Shown: positions 55,637-64,000, counted from the first letter of the stretch. The stretch: DNA of 64,000 nt from an uncultured Candidatus Saccharibacteria bacterium (GCA_964444955.1 CAYUJB010000002.1:972-64971); one strand, 5' to 3'. The notes: generated from the letters alone by a model not told the origin. Program-made: numbers and translations.

Positions 55637-57393
55637 GAAATCACCGCTTTGATGCGACGCACGCCTGACGAGATGGCTTCCTCTTTGATTATCTTAAACG
55701 TACCAATAGTTCCTGTGTGTTCCACATGGGGACCGCCGCAAAATTCTCGACTTACAACCTCTCCTGTCGCGGAATCTTGAATGGTATACACCGAGACCGT
55801 ATCGCCGTACTTTTCACCAAATGCACCGAGCGCACCCAGCTCAAGCGCACGCTCCTTGGACATCATCTCGCGTGTCATCGGCAAATCACGAGCAACCCAA
55901 TCATTCACTAACTCTTCCACTGTTGCAATTTCCTGCGGCGTCATCTTGGCCGCGTGTGAAAAATCAAACCGCGTTCGCTCGGCATTAATATTACTTCCCT
56001 TCTGAATCACATGCGTACCCAGTACCTCGCGCAGCGCCTTATGCATCAGATGGGTTGCGGTATGGTAGCGCACCACGATGTCGGAGTGATCGGCAAGGCC
56101 TCCTTTGAATGTGCCCGCCGATGCGGTTCGCGAGAGATCTTTGTGGCGCGTGAACGCGTCCTCAAATGCACCACGATGAGGATTGAGACCCCGTGCATGT
56201 GCAAGCTCATAGGTGAGCTCCCAAGGAAAACCATACGTCTGATACAAGTTAAATGCCGCCTCGCCATCGACGACCTCCAATTTTTCAAATTCACGCAGAC
56301 CTTTTTCTAGCGTGGCGCTAAACTTTTCTTCTTCAGCACTAATAATCCTATGGATCAGCTCATCGTGTTGGGTAAGTTCGGGATAGGGCACGCTCATCTC
56401 ACCGATGAGCGTCTCGATGAATGGTCGATGCCATCCCGCATGCATGCCTAGCTGCCGACCAAACACCAGTGCGCGACGCATCAGACGACGGAGCACATAA
56501 CCGCGATCTTTGTTGGTCGGTTCAACACCATCAGTAATAATAAATGCTGCCGCACGCATGTGATCCGCGATAATACGGAGCATGCGCTCGCTATCGTTAT
56601 GCTGGATCGTCTGCTGCTGGCGAAGCACGTGCAGCAATGGCCTAAACAGTTCCGTTTCGTACACCGATGTAGCGCCCGTGAGTACGGTGAGTGTGCGTTC
56701 CAAACCCATACCCGTATCTACATTGGGTTTGGGTAAGAGCTCATAGGCGCCCTGCTCGGTCTTGCGGTACTGCATAAAGACATCGTTCCAAATCTCTACC
56801 CAGCGCGTGTCGGCTGAATCAAAGTGCACGGGGGCTGGTGTGGCATTGTCGATCCAATAAAACATCTCGGTATCAGGACCGCAGGGGCCGGTCTGCCCTG
56901 CAGGACCCCACCAGTTATTCTCACGTGGCAGAAATGCAATGCGCTCATCGGCTACACCGAGCGATTTCCAAATCGATGCCGACTCGTCATCCTTTGGCGC
57001 AGTCTCGTCGCCAGCAAAGCAACTAAACGCAAGTCGATCGAAGGGAATCCCTAACCATTGAGCTGACGTAAGAAACTCAAAGCTCCACCGAATGGCATCG
57101 TCTTTAAAATAATCTCCCAACGACCAATTGCCCAACATCTCAAAAAATGTCAGGTGAGTATCATCGCCCACCTCGTCGATATCGCCCGTGCGGATGCATT
57201 TTTGCACATTAGCGATTCGTGTGCCCGCAGGATGCGGCTCACCGAGCAGATACGGCACCAACGGATGCATGCCGGCCGTGGTGAAGAGCACCGTCGGATC
57301 GTTGACAGGCACTAACGGCGCCGAAGGAACCACCGCGTGGCCTTTGGTCTTGAAGAAATCGAGATACAGTTTTCGCAGCTCGCTATGCGTCAT
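55633..57393 (-). CDS. alaS: Alanyl-tRNA synthetase, short form (catalytic, tRNA-recognition and editing domains; no C-Ala domain)
   Basis: N-terminus FFKTKGHAVVPSAPLVP...FTTAGM. Editing-domain HTATHLMH...H motif. 586 aa. Confidence 0.85.
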   Translation of the reverse strand: MTHSELRKLYLDFFKTKGHAVVPSAPLVPVNDPTVLFTTAGMHPLVPYLLGEPHPAGTRIANVQKCIRTGDIDEVGDDTHLTFFEMLGNWSLGDYFKDDAIRWSFEFLTSAQWLGIPFDRLAFSCFAGDETAPKDDESASIWKSLGVADERIAFLPRENNWWGPAGQTGPCGPDTEMFYWIDNATPAPVHFDSADTRWVEIWNDVFMQYRKTEQGAYELLPKPNVDTGMGLERTLTVLTGATSVYETELFRPLLHVLRQQQTIQHNDSERMLRIIADHMRAAAFIITDGVEPTNKDRGYVLRRLMRRALVFGRQLGMHAGWHRPFIETLIGEMSVPYPELTQHDELIHRIISAEEEKFSATLEKGLREFEKLEVVDGEAAFNLYQTYGFPWELTYELAHARGLNPHRGAFEDAFTRHKDLSRTASAGTFKGGLADHSDIVVRYHTATHLMHKALREVLGTHVIQKGSNINAERTRFDFSHAAKMTPQEIATVEELVNDWVARDLPMTREMMSKERALELGALGAFGEKYGDTVSVYTIQDSATGEVVSREFCGGPHVEHTGTIGTFKIIKEEAISSGVRRIKAVIS

Positions 57394-57407
57394 GGTGCGT
57401 ATCGTAC

Positions 57408-57440
57408 AATAAAAAACTCCTTCCGGCTAGGGAAGGAGTG
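57408..57440 (-). terminator. Rho-independent terminator for the minus-strand gene 57456-57869
   Basis: CTCCTTCC-GGCTA-GGGAAGGAG with a T-run on the minus strand. Confidence 0.55.
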
Positions 57441-57455
57441 CGAGACTCGCACACA

Positions 57456-57869
57456 TCAGATACAATTACCGATCCCACTGGAGAGAAATGGATACGCTTC
57501 CGTTGGCTCACCGTATATCGCTCGGAAGCCAAGCAACACAGCCGCTTCGACTCTGTAGGTAGTACCCACGACTGCACACGTACTAACTCCCGGGTAAAAG
57601 ATCAAATTCTGAATTCGAACGCCTTTGTACCTGAATACCCGACCAGCAACAATATCAGTGCGCAGAGATCTCCCACGATCGCCACCGATCCACACAACGC
57701 CTGAAGCGGCGAGCTTTTCAACTTCCTGAGCGTCGTAGTAAGAATCCGGGCGCGACGCTTCCGGGTTTGCGGGAACGCGGTATTGCAGTAATAGTTTTTG
57801 CACTCGCTCGACCGTAGCGAACGGATTGAGCGCCAACCACCACAACCGAATCCAGTAGCCAATCGGCAT
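57456..57869 (-). CDS. Hypothetical protein (possibly DUF218/YdcF-like)
   Basis: Weak resemblance only (VVWIGGDRGRS ... GVSTCAVVGTTYRVEAAVLLGFRA). Confidence 0.4.
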   Translation of the reverse strand: MPIGYWIRLWWLALNPFATVERVQKLLLQYRVPANPEASRPDSYYDAQEVEKLAASGVVWIGGDRGRSLRTDIVAGRVFRYKGVRIQNLIFYPGVSTCAVVGTTYRVEAAVLLGFRAIYGEPTEAYPFLSSGIGNCI

Positions 57870-57902
57870 GTGAATTCTCCTTTCGGTTTTACTATAAGTT
57901 AA

Positions 57903-58202
57903 CTATTCCTTATGGTCAAGTCTATCGAGGCCGAGCATGTGGACGCCAAAATAGACAACAGCAGCAATAACAACGAAGTCGATAGTCACCGAAACAAAGT
58001 CGCCCCACTTGATTATTGCAGAGCCCAGTGTCCAGGTGGCGTCCTTGAGGTCGCCAACTTTGCTTAAGAAAATGCCGAGTATGGGGCTTACCAGATCGGT
58101 GACGATCGCACTCACAAACTTGGACACCGCACCACCAAGAATGAAACCGACAGCGAGACCCACGACGCCTTGTTTGCGAATGAATTGGAGAAATCCACTC
58201 AT
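57903..58202 (-). CDS. mscL: Large-conductance mechanosensitive channel MscL
   Basis: 99 aa. N-terminus FIRKQGVVGLAVGFILGGA... and two TM helices. Confidence 0.9.
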   Translation of the reverse strand: MSGFLQFIRKQGVVGLAVGFILGGAVSKFVSAIVTDLVSPILGIFLSKVGDLKDATWTLGSAIIKWGDFVSVTIDFVVIAAVVYFGVHMLGLDRLDHKE

Positions 58203-58337
58203 AAAAAATATTAACTATAGTACGACGCAACTATATCCCAAACCCAATGAACTGCAACAACCCAAAAGCCAATAGCCGAGCTAAAGACAGCCACCCACGC
58301 CCATACGAATTTCTTTTCGTCGTCCGATAGTGCCATG

Positions 58338-58802
58338 TTAGTGAATATACCAGTCGTACGGCGTAATGCCCGTCACGGTCTTGCCCGGTTCAACCGTGAT
58401 AACTATTTTGCCGTGGTCCTTGCACTCATACATGAGGCCGCAGGTGACATACTTCGTATAGTAGGCGCGATACTCGCCCAAGTCACTACCGATGGCACCC
58501 GGATCTTTGACCTTCGCCGAAACATAATATTGACCAGGAGCAACCTGCAGCGCCCATGCAGGAGCTGTAAGTTGGGGATCACCCGCCGGAACAACAACGC
58601 AAGTCTCAGCGCCACCAGAGACTGGCTCCGCGCAGACGATCTGCTCAGGAAGATACTCACTGGGATAGTTGGTCGAACCCTCGATGGTTCCGGTAGCTAT
58701 TGATGCAGGTTGAAGTTGTGTGCCCACAAACCAGGCAACAACAGAGATGATCACTACGCCGATAGAAACTTTGAGGGTGTATTTCAATAGCTCGGGAGTC
58801 AT
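58338..58802 (-). CDS. Hypothetical exported protein
   Basis: N-terminal TM or signal sequence. Cys-containing secreted domain. No motif. Confidence 0.45.
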   Translation of the reverse strand: MTPELLKYTLKVSIGVVIISVVAWFVGTQLQPASIATGTIEGSTNYPSEYLPEQIVCAEPVSGGAETCVVVPAGDPQLTAPAWALQVAPGQYYVSAKVKDPGAIGSDLGEYRAYYTKYVTCGLMYECKDHGKIVITVEPGKTVTGITPYDWYIH

Positions 58803-58854
58803 TGCGAATGTGTCAGAATTCTGTTATAATTTCCCAAGAAGCGCAAGTTGACAT

Positions 58855-58927
58855 GGGGACTATGGTGAAGCGGTTATCACAGCGCTCTGTGGCAGCGCGG
58901 TCACGGGTTCGATTCCCGTTAGTCCCC
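58855..58927 (+). tRNA. tRNA-His (anticodon GTG) with encoded G-1 pairing to C73
   Basis: Manual cloverleaf: G-1 plus acceptor GGGACTA/TAGTCCC, U8, D-stem GTGA/TCAC, anticodon stem GCGCT/AGCGC, loop CTGTGGC, 4-nt variable loop, T-arm ACGGG-TTCGATT-CCCGT, discriminator C. Confidence 0.8.
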
Positions 58928-58929
58928 CA

Positions 58930-59135
58930 CTCAAAAGAAAAACCTTCGCGAATGTGAGGGTTTTTCTTTTGCTCGGACTAACGGGAATCGAACTGGAGAG
59001 GGGTCGGGAGAGGTGCGCCTCTCCCGTGGTGGAAGTACTGAAACCGCATGGTTTCAGAAAGTGAGGGCGAGAATAGCCGAAGGCAATCGAGCCCGACACG
59101 CGTGAGATAGCGAAGCGTCCCGTTAGTCCCCCATG
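58930..59135. repeat. tRNA-His 3'-end-derived repeat segment: inverted 19-nt copy (58975-58993) and 16-nt direct copy (59118-59133) of the tRNA T-arm/acceptor flank a hairpin-rich insert of about 190 bp
   Basis: The direct repeat TCCCGTTAGTCCCCCA occurs at 58914-58929 and 59118-59133. GGACTAACGGGAATCGAAC is the reverse complement of tRNA positions 58907-58925. The interior has perfect hairpins CTGAAACC-GCAT-GGTTTCAG and CGGGAGAGG-TGCG-CCTCTCCCG. Confidence 0.5.
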
Positions 59136-59198
59136 AACAAAGACGTCCCCCATTGATGGGGCGTTTTTGTTCCTCTGGATGAGTAGCGGGAATCGATG

Positions 59199-60047
59199 CT
59201 ACTTTCCCAGCCAACGGGTGAAGATGCCTGTCGAGAGTAGACGACCACTCCGTTGCTGGAGACACAGCTGTCCGGCTTCCAGCTTCCCCGCGCGACCCTT
59301 AAGTGTGTCTTCGAGGAGATTGTGGATGGCGAGCTCAGAGGTATTGGTGGCGTACGCGTTGATGATGAGAAATTTTGCCTGCGGTGATAGGAGCGTCACA
59401 CAATCGCGCACCAACGCTGGCATTTGTTCGTTGAACTTCCAAATCTTTCCGGTCGGTGAATGTCCAAACGCGGGTGGGTCCATCACAATTCCCTCGTACT
59501 GAGCCCCCCGCTTCACTTCATTTTTTACAAACTTTGCAGCATCTTCGAGCATCCAACGGATAGAATCGACGGGAAGCTTGTTGAGATCTTGGTTTTCTTT
59601 CGCCCATCCAATCGCAGGTCGTGATGCGTCGACATGCGTGACGAATGAACCACGAATCGTCAGCCATGCCGTAGCCGCGCCTGTGTACGCAAAGAGATTG
59701 AGCACACGTGGTTTCTCCAGTCCCGCGAGCGCATCAGACATGAGCTTCCAGTGGGCTGCCTGCTCGGGGAAAACACCTGTGTGCTTAAAGTTCATAGGAC
59801 GTACTCGTAGCTTCATATCGTGAAACGCCATGTCCCACGATTCAGGAAGGGTTGTGCGCATCTGCCAGGCATCATCGCGAAAAATAGCATCTGCACCATC
59901 CCAGATTTCTTTGGGTTCACTGCGCGCCCAAATGGTCTGCGGATCGGGTCGCGCCAATACAAACTCGCCCCATCGCTCGAGGCGATACCCATCGCCCGAA
60001 TCGAGGAGCTGAAAATCGGAAAACTCTTTCGCACCATCCATGTACAT
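59199..60047 (-). CDS. Class I SAM-dependent rRNA (m5C) methyltransferase, RlmI/YccW-like
   Basis: LNLFAYTGAATAWL (SAM motif I) and DPPAFG motifs. The upstream 68 codons of the six-frame ORF fall in the repeat element and are Arg/Cys-rich, so the start is set at MYMDGAKE. Confidence 0.75.
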   Translation of the reverse strand: MYMDGAKEFSDFQLLDSGDGYRLERWGEFVLARPDPQTIWARSEPKEIWDGADAIFRDDAWQMRTTLPESWDMAFHDMKLRVRPMNFKHTGVFPEQAAHWKLMSDALAGLEKPRVLNLFAYTGAATAWLTIRGSFVTHVDASRPAIGWAKENQDLNKLPVDSIRWMLEDAAKFVKNEVKRGAQYEGIVMDPPAFGHSPTGKIWKFNEQMPALVRDCVTLLSPQAKFLIINAYATNTSELAIHNLLEDTLKGRAGKLEAGQLCLQQRSGRLLSTGIFTRWLGK

Positions 60048-60430
60048 AGCCCCTATACTACACGAGTACTTCCACCGACGCCACACTTCCAAATTCCGGC
60101 CGCTTCGGCACCCGCATCGGTCTCGCACACGCCTGCCTGCCGGCAGGCAGGGATGATGCCTTCGCCGATATCGGGTGCCTGCGCTGACATGGACCCGCTT
60201 GAGCGAGTCTTCCTCGTTTCCCAGCGAGCCATAGCATGCGACTTCGCACATGATAAGTCGCAGTCGTCGCCCGTAGCAGCGAGCATCCGCATGACCGGAG
60301 CACCGACAACGGCTAAGAAGGCCATCTTAGCCGTTGGAATGCGGAGATTCGGATGCTTCGCTTGCTGCGGGCAGACTGCAGCACCAATGCGAAGTGGCGA
60401 GTCGGGGAACGGGGAAGAGAGCGAGAGGCT
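60048..60430. repeat. Noncoding structured/repeat element, copy 2 (inverted, shorter paralog of 4797-5283)
   Basis: 60279-60308 and 60336-60361 are exact reverse complements of 4915-4944 and 4871-4896. The flanking sequence is about 70% identical to copy 1 read on the opposite strand. The variable hairpin ACGGCTAAG-N8-CTTAGCCGT replaces CCCGCC-TCT-GGCGGG. Confidence 0.6.
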
Positions 60431-62405
60431 AGTTTTCTTGGATCCCTAGCGCTTTCAGGAATGGCGCGTCGGATGGTTCGCGTCCTAAGAATGAACGGAC
60501 GAGATCAAGCGCGTCGCGCTGCGCGCCGGGTGCTAGCACCTGAGTCCTATAATCGGCGCCAACCTCGGGGCTCAGTGGATCGGGTGCAAATCGTGTGTAC
60601 ATATCCAGTGCATACACCTTGCTCCACAGGTAGCTGTAATAGCCGGCGTCATAATCGCTCATATGTCCCCACCCCGCCGGAAAGAGCGATGACTCGGGTA
60701 TCTCGATGGTTTCGAATTCGAGCTTCATGGCCCGATCTTGATCAGCGAGACCCTGCGCATCAACCGGTGCGTCGGTGGGTTGCGAGTGTATGCGCAAATC
60801 ATACAGCGCGCGAGACGCTTGCTGTAGGTAGTGCGTAGCATCCATATGGTGGCGCGCTGCAATAAGCGACTTCTGCATCTCATCGGGCATCGGAGCACCG
60901 GTTTGATAATGCGCGCTTAGACGAGCGAGCACGCGCGGATCCCACGCCCATTCTTCAAACAGCTGACTCAACGCCTCCACAAAATCGAGTGGCACACCAA
61001 AACCATTCTGACGTTGCCACTTTCCCGATGAAAGAAGCGCATGCATCACATGTCCAAATTCATGAAGCAGCGTCTCCACCTCATCATGCGCCAGAAGCGA
61101 CGGTGACTCAGATGTGTTCTTGGGAAAGTTGCATACGAGAGTTACAAATCCCTCCACTTGCTCACCATCACGTGTTGCGCGACCCAAAATCACAGGAAAG
61201 GCCGCCGCATGCCCATATTTTCCGCTACGTGGATAGAGATCGAGCGCGAAATGCCCACAATTGCGCTCACCATCAGTGACCTGGTAGAGCACCGCATCCT
61301 CATGCCAAAGCTTCGCGCCCTCCACTCGCGTAAATCGCACTCCCAGCACCTCCTGGTACATCCGGAGCATCCCTTCCACGACGTGTTGGAGGGGGAAATA
61401 CTCTTTCACCTTCTCCTCGTCGACACCAAAGCGCTCCCGCAAAAGCTTGTAGCTGAAGTACGCCATCTCATGGAAATGAATGGGTGCGCGCGTCGCAATC
61501 CCGCGATGCTTCTTCTTGGTCTCTATAAGCTCGATGAGCTCTGCACGTGCGGCGGGCGACAGTTTTCGCATGATGCGTTCAATAAATTCGGTTGCTGCGA
61601 TGCCGGTTTTGACCATGCGTGGCTCCGCTACATACTCAGCATGCGTCGCGTATCCCAAGAGTCGTGCGTTTGCCTGCCGCAACTCAATCATGCGCGCGAG
61701 GCGCTCGAGATTTTCGCGCCCTCCTTTGAGGAGATTTTTGGTGGCCAATTCGCGACGCGCTGCATCGTCGTCAGCCATGCGCAAAAACGGAAACAGGTCT
61801 GGATACTCGAGTGCCACACGATACTTTCCCCCCTCGCGTTTCAATCCCGCGATGTATCGCTCGGGAAGTCCGGCGAGCTGCTCACGCGTGACGACAATAC
61901 TATCCTCCCACTCGTTGATTGCGGACTCGAATTTCGTCTCCAATTGCTTGAGCTCAGTGATATTTGTCTTAAGTTGCGCAAAATCTGAATCCGAAAGAGC
62001 AAACCCCATTCGCCGCATGTCACGAAGGGTGTCTCGCATGAGCTTCTCGTCTGGACCATCCAAATGTTCACCACGCTCACTGAAGGCCTGCACTACATCC
62101 CACAGCCGTCGATCATACTCCATCGCGATGTTGGCCTCTTCAATCCGATGCACCGCAGCTTGTGCTGCCTCACGCACAACGCTATCGGGATGAACCGCCA
62201 AGAGCAAAGCAAGCTGCTGCTGCACATCAGAAAGAGCGTCTCCAGCATACTCAAGTGCCGCCATCGTATTTTCAAATGTGCGCTCCGCGGCCGAAATCGC
62301 AATGACAGCGTCCAGCGCAGAACGCTTGGCGGCTAACAGCGAAGTTACCGCGCCATCAAGTTCGCTCGGGGTGCGCCCAATCCAGGCTATATCGAGAGTG
62401 ATCAT
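60429..62405 (-). CDS. pepF: M3-family oligoendopeptidase (PepF/Dcp-like)
   Basis: HEFGHVMH zinc motif and a downstream E. 658 aa. Confidence 0.85.
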   Translation of the reverse strand: MITLDIAWIGRTPSELDGAVTSLLAAKRSALDAVIAISAAERTFENTMAALEYAGDALSDVQQQLALLLAVHPDSVVREAAQAAVHRIEEANIAMEYDRRLWDVVQAFSERGEHLDGPDEKLMRDTLRDMRRMGFALSDSDFAQLKTNITELKQLETKFESAINEWEDSIVVTREQLAGLPERYIAGLKREGGKYRVALEYPDLFPFLRMADDDAARRELATKNLLKGGRENLERLARMIELRQANARLLGYATHAEYVAEPRMVKTGIAATEFIERIMRKLSPAARAELIELIETKKKHRGIATRAPIHFHEMAYFSYKLLRERFGVDEEKVKEYFPLQHVVEGMLRMYQEVLGVRFTRVEGAKLWHEDAVLYQVTDGERNCGHFALDLYPRSGKYGHAAAFPVILGRATRDGEQVEGFVTLVCNFPKNTSESPSLLAHDEVETLLHEFGHVMHALLSSGKWQRQNGFGVPLDFVEALSQLFEEWAWDPRVLARLSAHYQTGAPMPDEMQKSLIAARHHMDATHYLQQASRALYDLRIHSQPTDAPVDAQGLADQDRAMKLEFETIEIPESSLFPAGWGHMSDYDAGYYSYLWSKVYALDMYTRFAPDPLSPEVGADYRTQVLAPGAQRDALDLVRSFLGREPSDAPFLKALGIQEN

Positions 62406-62443
62406 GTGCGCATACTATAGCATCCCCCACTCTCCCGCACTCA

Positions 62444-62471
62444 TTGACTATGGGCATATCGGTGATATAAT
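62444..62471 (+). promoter_or_regulatory. Textbook sigma70 promoter TTGACT-16-TATAAT
   Basis: Seen directly in the sequence, upstream of ORF 62525-62920. Confidence 0.55.
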
Positions 62472-62524
62472 ATGTTTGTCGTACATTTCCAACAACCAAA
62501 GAGAAAGAGGTAGCCCATGTTCCC

Positions 62525-62920
62525 ATGGATTCAGAAGTGCTGGACGCAGTGCCCGTTGATTTTCAACTGCCGCCTGGTTGCGAGCTCGAACCACTCCGCC
62601 CCGGTGAAAAGTTGCTCGGACCGCATCCGGAACATTCAACGGAATTTTTTCGAGCGGCGGCATACGATTACAAGCAGGCCCTGGAAGCGCTGGCCAAGCA
62701 CGAAGCTGCGGAGCCTCACGATGACAACTCGTGTGCTTCGTACCACGTCGCCGTTTACGATGCCGTGCGGCGCGGTAAACTCCTGATGGGAATCGTCGAT
62801 GAGATGACTCGAGACACATTTCAGCCCAAGGATGACGGAAAGCTGGCACTTCGCGCAGAAGGAGTGGCTGAGCTCCCGCCCCAGATCATTGGACGCGTAC
62901 TCGTTGCGCGCGTCGGATAG
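62525..62920 (+). CDS. Hypothetical protein (131 aa)
   Basis: Promoter plus SD (AGAGG) upstream and a clean terminator downstream. No motif. An alternative ATG lies at 62517 in another frame. Confidence 0.5.
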   Translation: MDSEVLDAVPVDFQLPPGCELEPLRPGEKLLGPHPEHSTEFFRAAAYDYKQALEALAKHEAAEPHDDNSCASYHVAVYDAVRRGKLLMGIVDEMTRDTFQPKDDGKLALRAEGVAELPPQIIGRVLVARVG

Positions 62921-62928
62921 TCGTCCCG

Positions 62929-62958
62929 GACCGGATGCTTCACCGCATCCGGTTTTTT
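62929..62958 (+). terminator. Rho-independent terminator (CCGGATGC-TTCACC-GCATCCGG followed by TTTTTT)
   Basis: Seen directly in the sequence. Confidence 0.7.
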
Positions 62959-62971
62959 GTACTTTCGTTTG

Positions 62972-63043
62972 TACCCTCGGGAGGAATCGAACCTCCATTA
63001 GCGGCTTAGAAGTCCGCAGTTTTATCCATTAAACTACAAGGGC
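62972..63043 (-). tRNA. tRNA-Arg (anticodon TCT)
   Basis: Manual fold of the reverse complement: acceptor GCCCTTG/CGAGGGT (G1.U72 and U6.G67), D-arm GTTT-AATGGATA-AAAC, anticodon stem GCGGA/GCCGC with one A.G mismatch, loop CTTCTAA, T-arm GGAGG-TTCGATT-CCTCC, discriminator A. Confidence 0.75.
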
Positions 63044-63112
63044 AAAAGTTATTTTACCACGGTTTAGTTGCTCTGGCGAATTTGGGGATGGCATGGTACA
63101 CTCTCTAAGCTC

Positions 63113-63183
63113 CGGGCCGTCGTATACCGGTAGTACACGTGTTTTGGGTACACGTTGACCCAGTTCGATTCTGGGCGGCCCGA
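63113..63183 (+). tRNA. tRNA-Pro (anticodon TGG)
   Basis: Acceptor CGGGCCG/CGGCCCG with C1-G72, which is characteristic of bacterial tRNA-Pro. Anticodon stem CGTGT/ACACG, loop TTTGGGT, T-arm CCCAG-TTCGATT-CTGGG, discriminator A. Confidence 0.75.
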
Positions 63184-63261
63184 CAATTTGGCGCTTTACG
63201 CTTTTTGTAAAACGCTCTACGCTTCTGCCTAGACCCTTTATAACTAAGGAGGCAAACTACC

Positions 63262-64000
63262 ATGATTCCCTTGTGGTATAGCGCGCTTGCTGGACTGTGG
63301 ATGTTCTTTGCAGCCTGCATGAGCATCGTGCTTGCCTTCATCGCTCTGAAGGTAGGCCTGCGACTATTCGTCAGCCACGGCATCCCTGCGCTTCGACGTC
63401 TGGATAAGCGCTTTCAGGATGCTTCACATCGTGCCTATCTATGGATCCACGTCCGTCGGTTTCGGTTTGTGTGTGCCAGCGTGGCACTCATAGTCGTGCC
63501 CGGCTTTTTGCTCGGTTTGTGGTTCTTCTACACCGACGACAGCGATACCCCTGATGTGATGCAAATGGTGCGTTACGCACCCGATCAAATCGGATACATC
63601 TACGACAGCAACGGCGAAATCATGATCGAGCTCGCCAAGGTATTCCGTAAGCCACTGCAGTACAACGAGCTTGGGCTTGCTATCGAGCAGGCTACCATTG
63701 CCGCGGAAGATAAAGACTTCTACGAGCATGATGGTATCCCCGTTACCTGCGTGCATCTGCCGATCATCGAACAGCAGACGTGTTGGTGGGCACCACTCTC
63801 ACTACCCTGGCGATGGATGGGCGGCAAAGGCGGTAGTACTATCACCATGCAACTCGTACGCAATCACTACCTGACTGCGCTGCTGCGTCAGGAGCGTACA
63901 AGTACTCTCGTTACCGACAATGCATTCACGCGTTTTGTGGCCACATACAAAGGCGCTCCCTGGGTCAACCGTTTGACCCGCAAGCTGCGCGAGATCAAAT
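63262..64000 (+). CDS. mrcA: Class A penicillin-binding protein (GT51 peptidoglycan glycosyltransferase domain), 5' part; continues past the window end
   Basis: SD AAGGAGG. N-terminal TM. GT51 motifs EDKDFYEHDGI, GGSTITMQLVRN, RKLREIK. No stop codon before position 64000, so it is absent from the ORF track. Confidence 0.8.
   Translation, partial: MIPLWYSALAGLWMFFAACMSIVLAFIALKVGLRLFVSHGIPALRRLDKRFQDASHRAYLWIHVRRFRFVCASVALIVVPGFLLGLWFFYTDDSDTPDVMQMVRYAPDQIGYIYDSNGEIMIELAKVFRKPLQYNELGLAIEQATIAAEDKDFYEHDGIPVTCVHLPIIEQQTCWWAPLSLPWRWMGGKGGSTITMQLVRNHYLTALLRQERTSTLVTDNAFTRFVATYKGAPWVNRLTRKLREIK

Noticed and set aside
58972-59060. Possible minus-strand tRNA suggested by a GTTCGATTCCCGTTAGTCC T-arm/acceptor-like sequence
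   Set aside because: No D-arm or 7-nt anticodon loop can be formed, and the 5' T-stem partner is absent. The apparent anticodon stem is a 9-bp stem with a 4-nt loop. It is interpreted as an inverted partial copy of the tRNA-His 3' end.
59820-60449. 209-aa plus-strand and 90-aa minus-strand ORFs over repeat copy 2 and the methyltransferase 5' region
   Set aside because: Same reasoning as the entry above. The plus-strand ORF is also antisense to the methyltransferase N-terminal coding region.
1-64000. CRISPR arrays, integrases, transposases, restriction-modification or toxin-antitoxin genes
   Set aside because: No regularly spaced direct repeats were found. No ORF carries tyrosine or serine recombinase, DDE transposase, or methyltransferase/endonuclease pair signatures. 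The only mobile-element-like signals are the noncoding repeat elements and the tRNA-His att-like scar reported above.

Overview
This 64-kb window reads like a compact, housekeeping-dense bacterial chromosome segment, probably from a small-genome CPR/Patescibacteria-like lineage. Several proteins are shortened: RpoA lacks the alpha-CTD, DnaJ lacks the C-terminal substrate-binding domains, and AlaS and HrcA are short. Ribosomal proteins S9 and S11 carry N-terminal extensions. Left to right the content is: the end of a division/cell-wall cluster (rsmH, ftsL-like, ftsI, murF); tRNA-Glu and rplU; recR-dnaB; cysS; an NRAMP transporter; ccdA-resA; a CIRCE-controlled hrcA-grpE-dnaK-(membrane protein)-dnaJ operon; efp; a metal ABC transporter; fmt, def and priA; gltX; an EnvC-like M23 peptidase; a 3'-5' exonuclease plus PD-(D/E)XK nuclease pair; rpmA, rplI and ctpA; a long cell-envelope glycosylation cluster (three GT2, LCP, O-antigen-ligase-like, a GT2-GT4 fusion, GT4) ending at mreB; a PEGA protein and pilT; the rpsI...infA ribosomal/rpoA block; a UvrD-like helicase-nuclease; dus; alaS; mscL; tRNA-His; an RlmI-like methyltransferase; an M3 oligoendopeptidase; tRNA-Arg and tRNA-Pro; and the start of a class A PBP (GT51). 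Six things are not explained by standard annotation. (1) Two paralogous noncoding elements of about 400-490 nt (4797-5283 and 60048-60430, inverted). They share 100%-identical blocks of 26 and 30 nt in a background of roughly 70% identity, and the hairpin between the blocks is a different sequence in each copy. Copy 1 also holds an internal inverted duplication that yields three nested perfect helices of 11-16 bp. (2) A promoter-driven operon of three tandem small paralogous proteins, each ending in an oligo-aspartate tail. (3) A tRNA-His followed by a segment of about 200 bp with att-like direct and inverted copies of the tRNA 3' end and strong internal hairpins. (4) A duplicated small-protein pair upstream of hrcA whose transcription terminators are identical. 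(5) Two long intergenic regions with no ORF, one ending in a strong terminator. (6) The shortened RpoA and DnaJ noted above. Six-frame antisense ORFs over dnaK, pilT, resA, priA and others were rejected.
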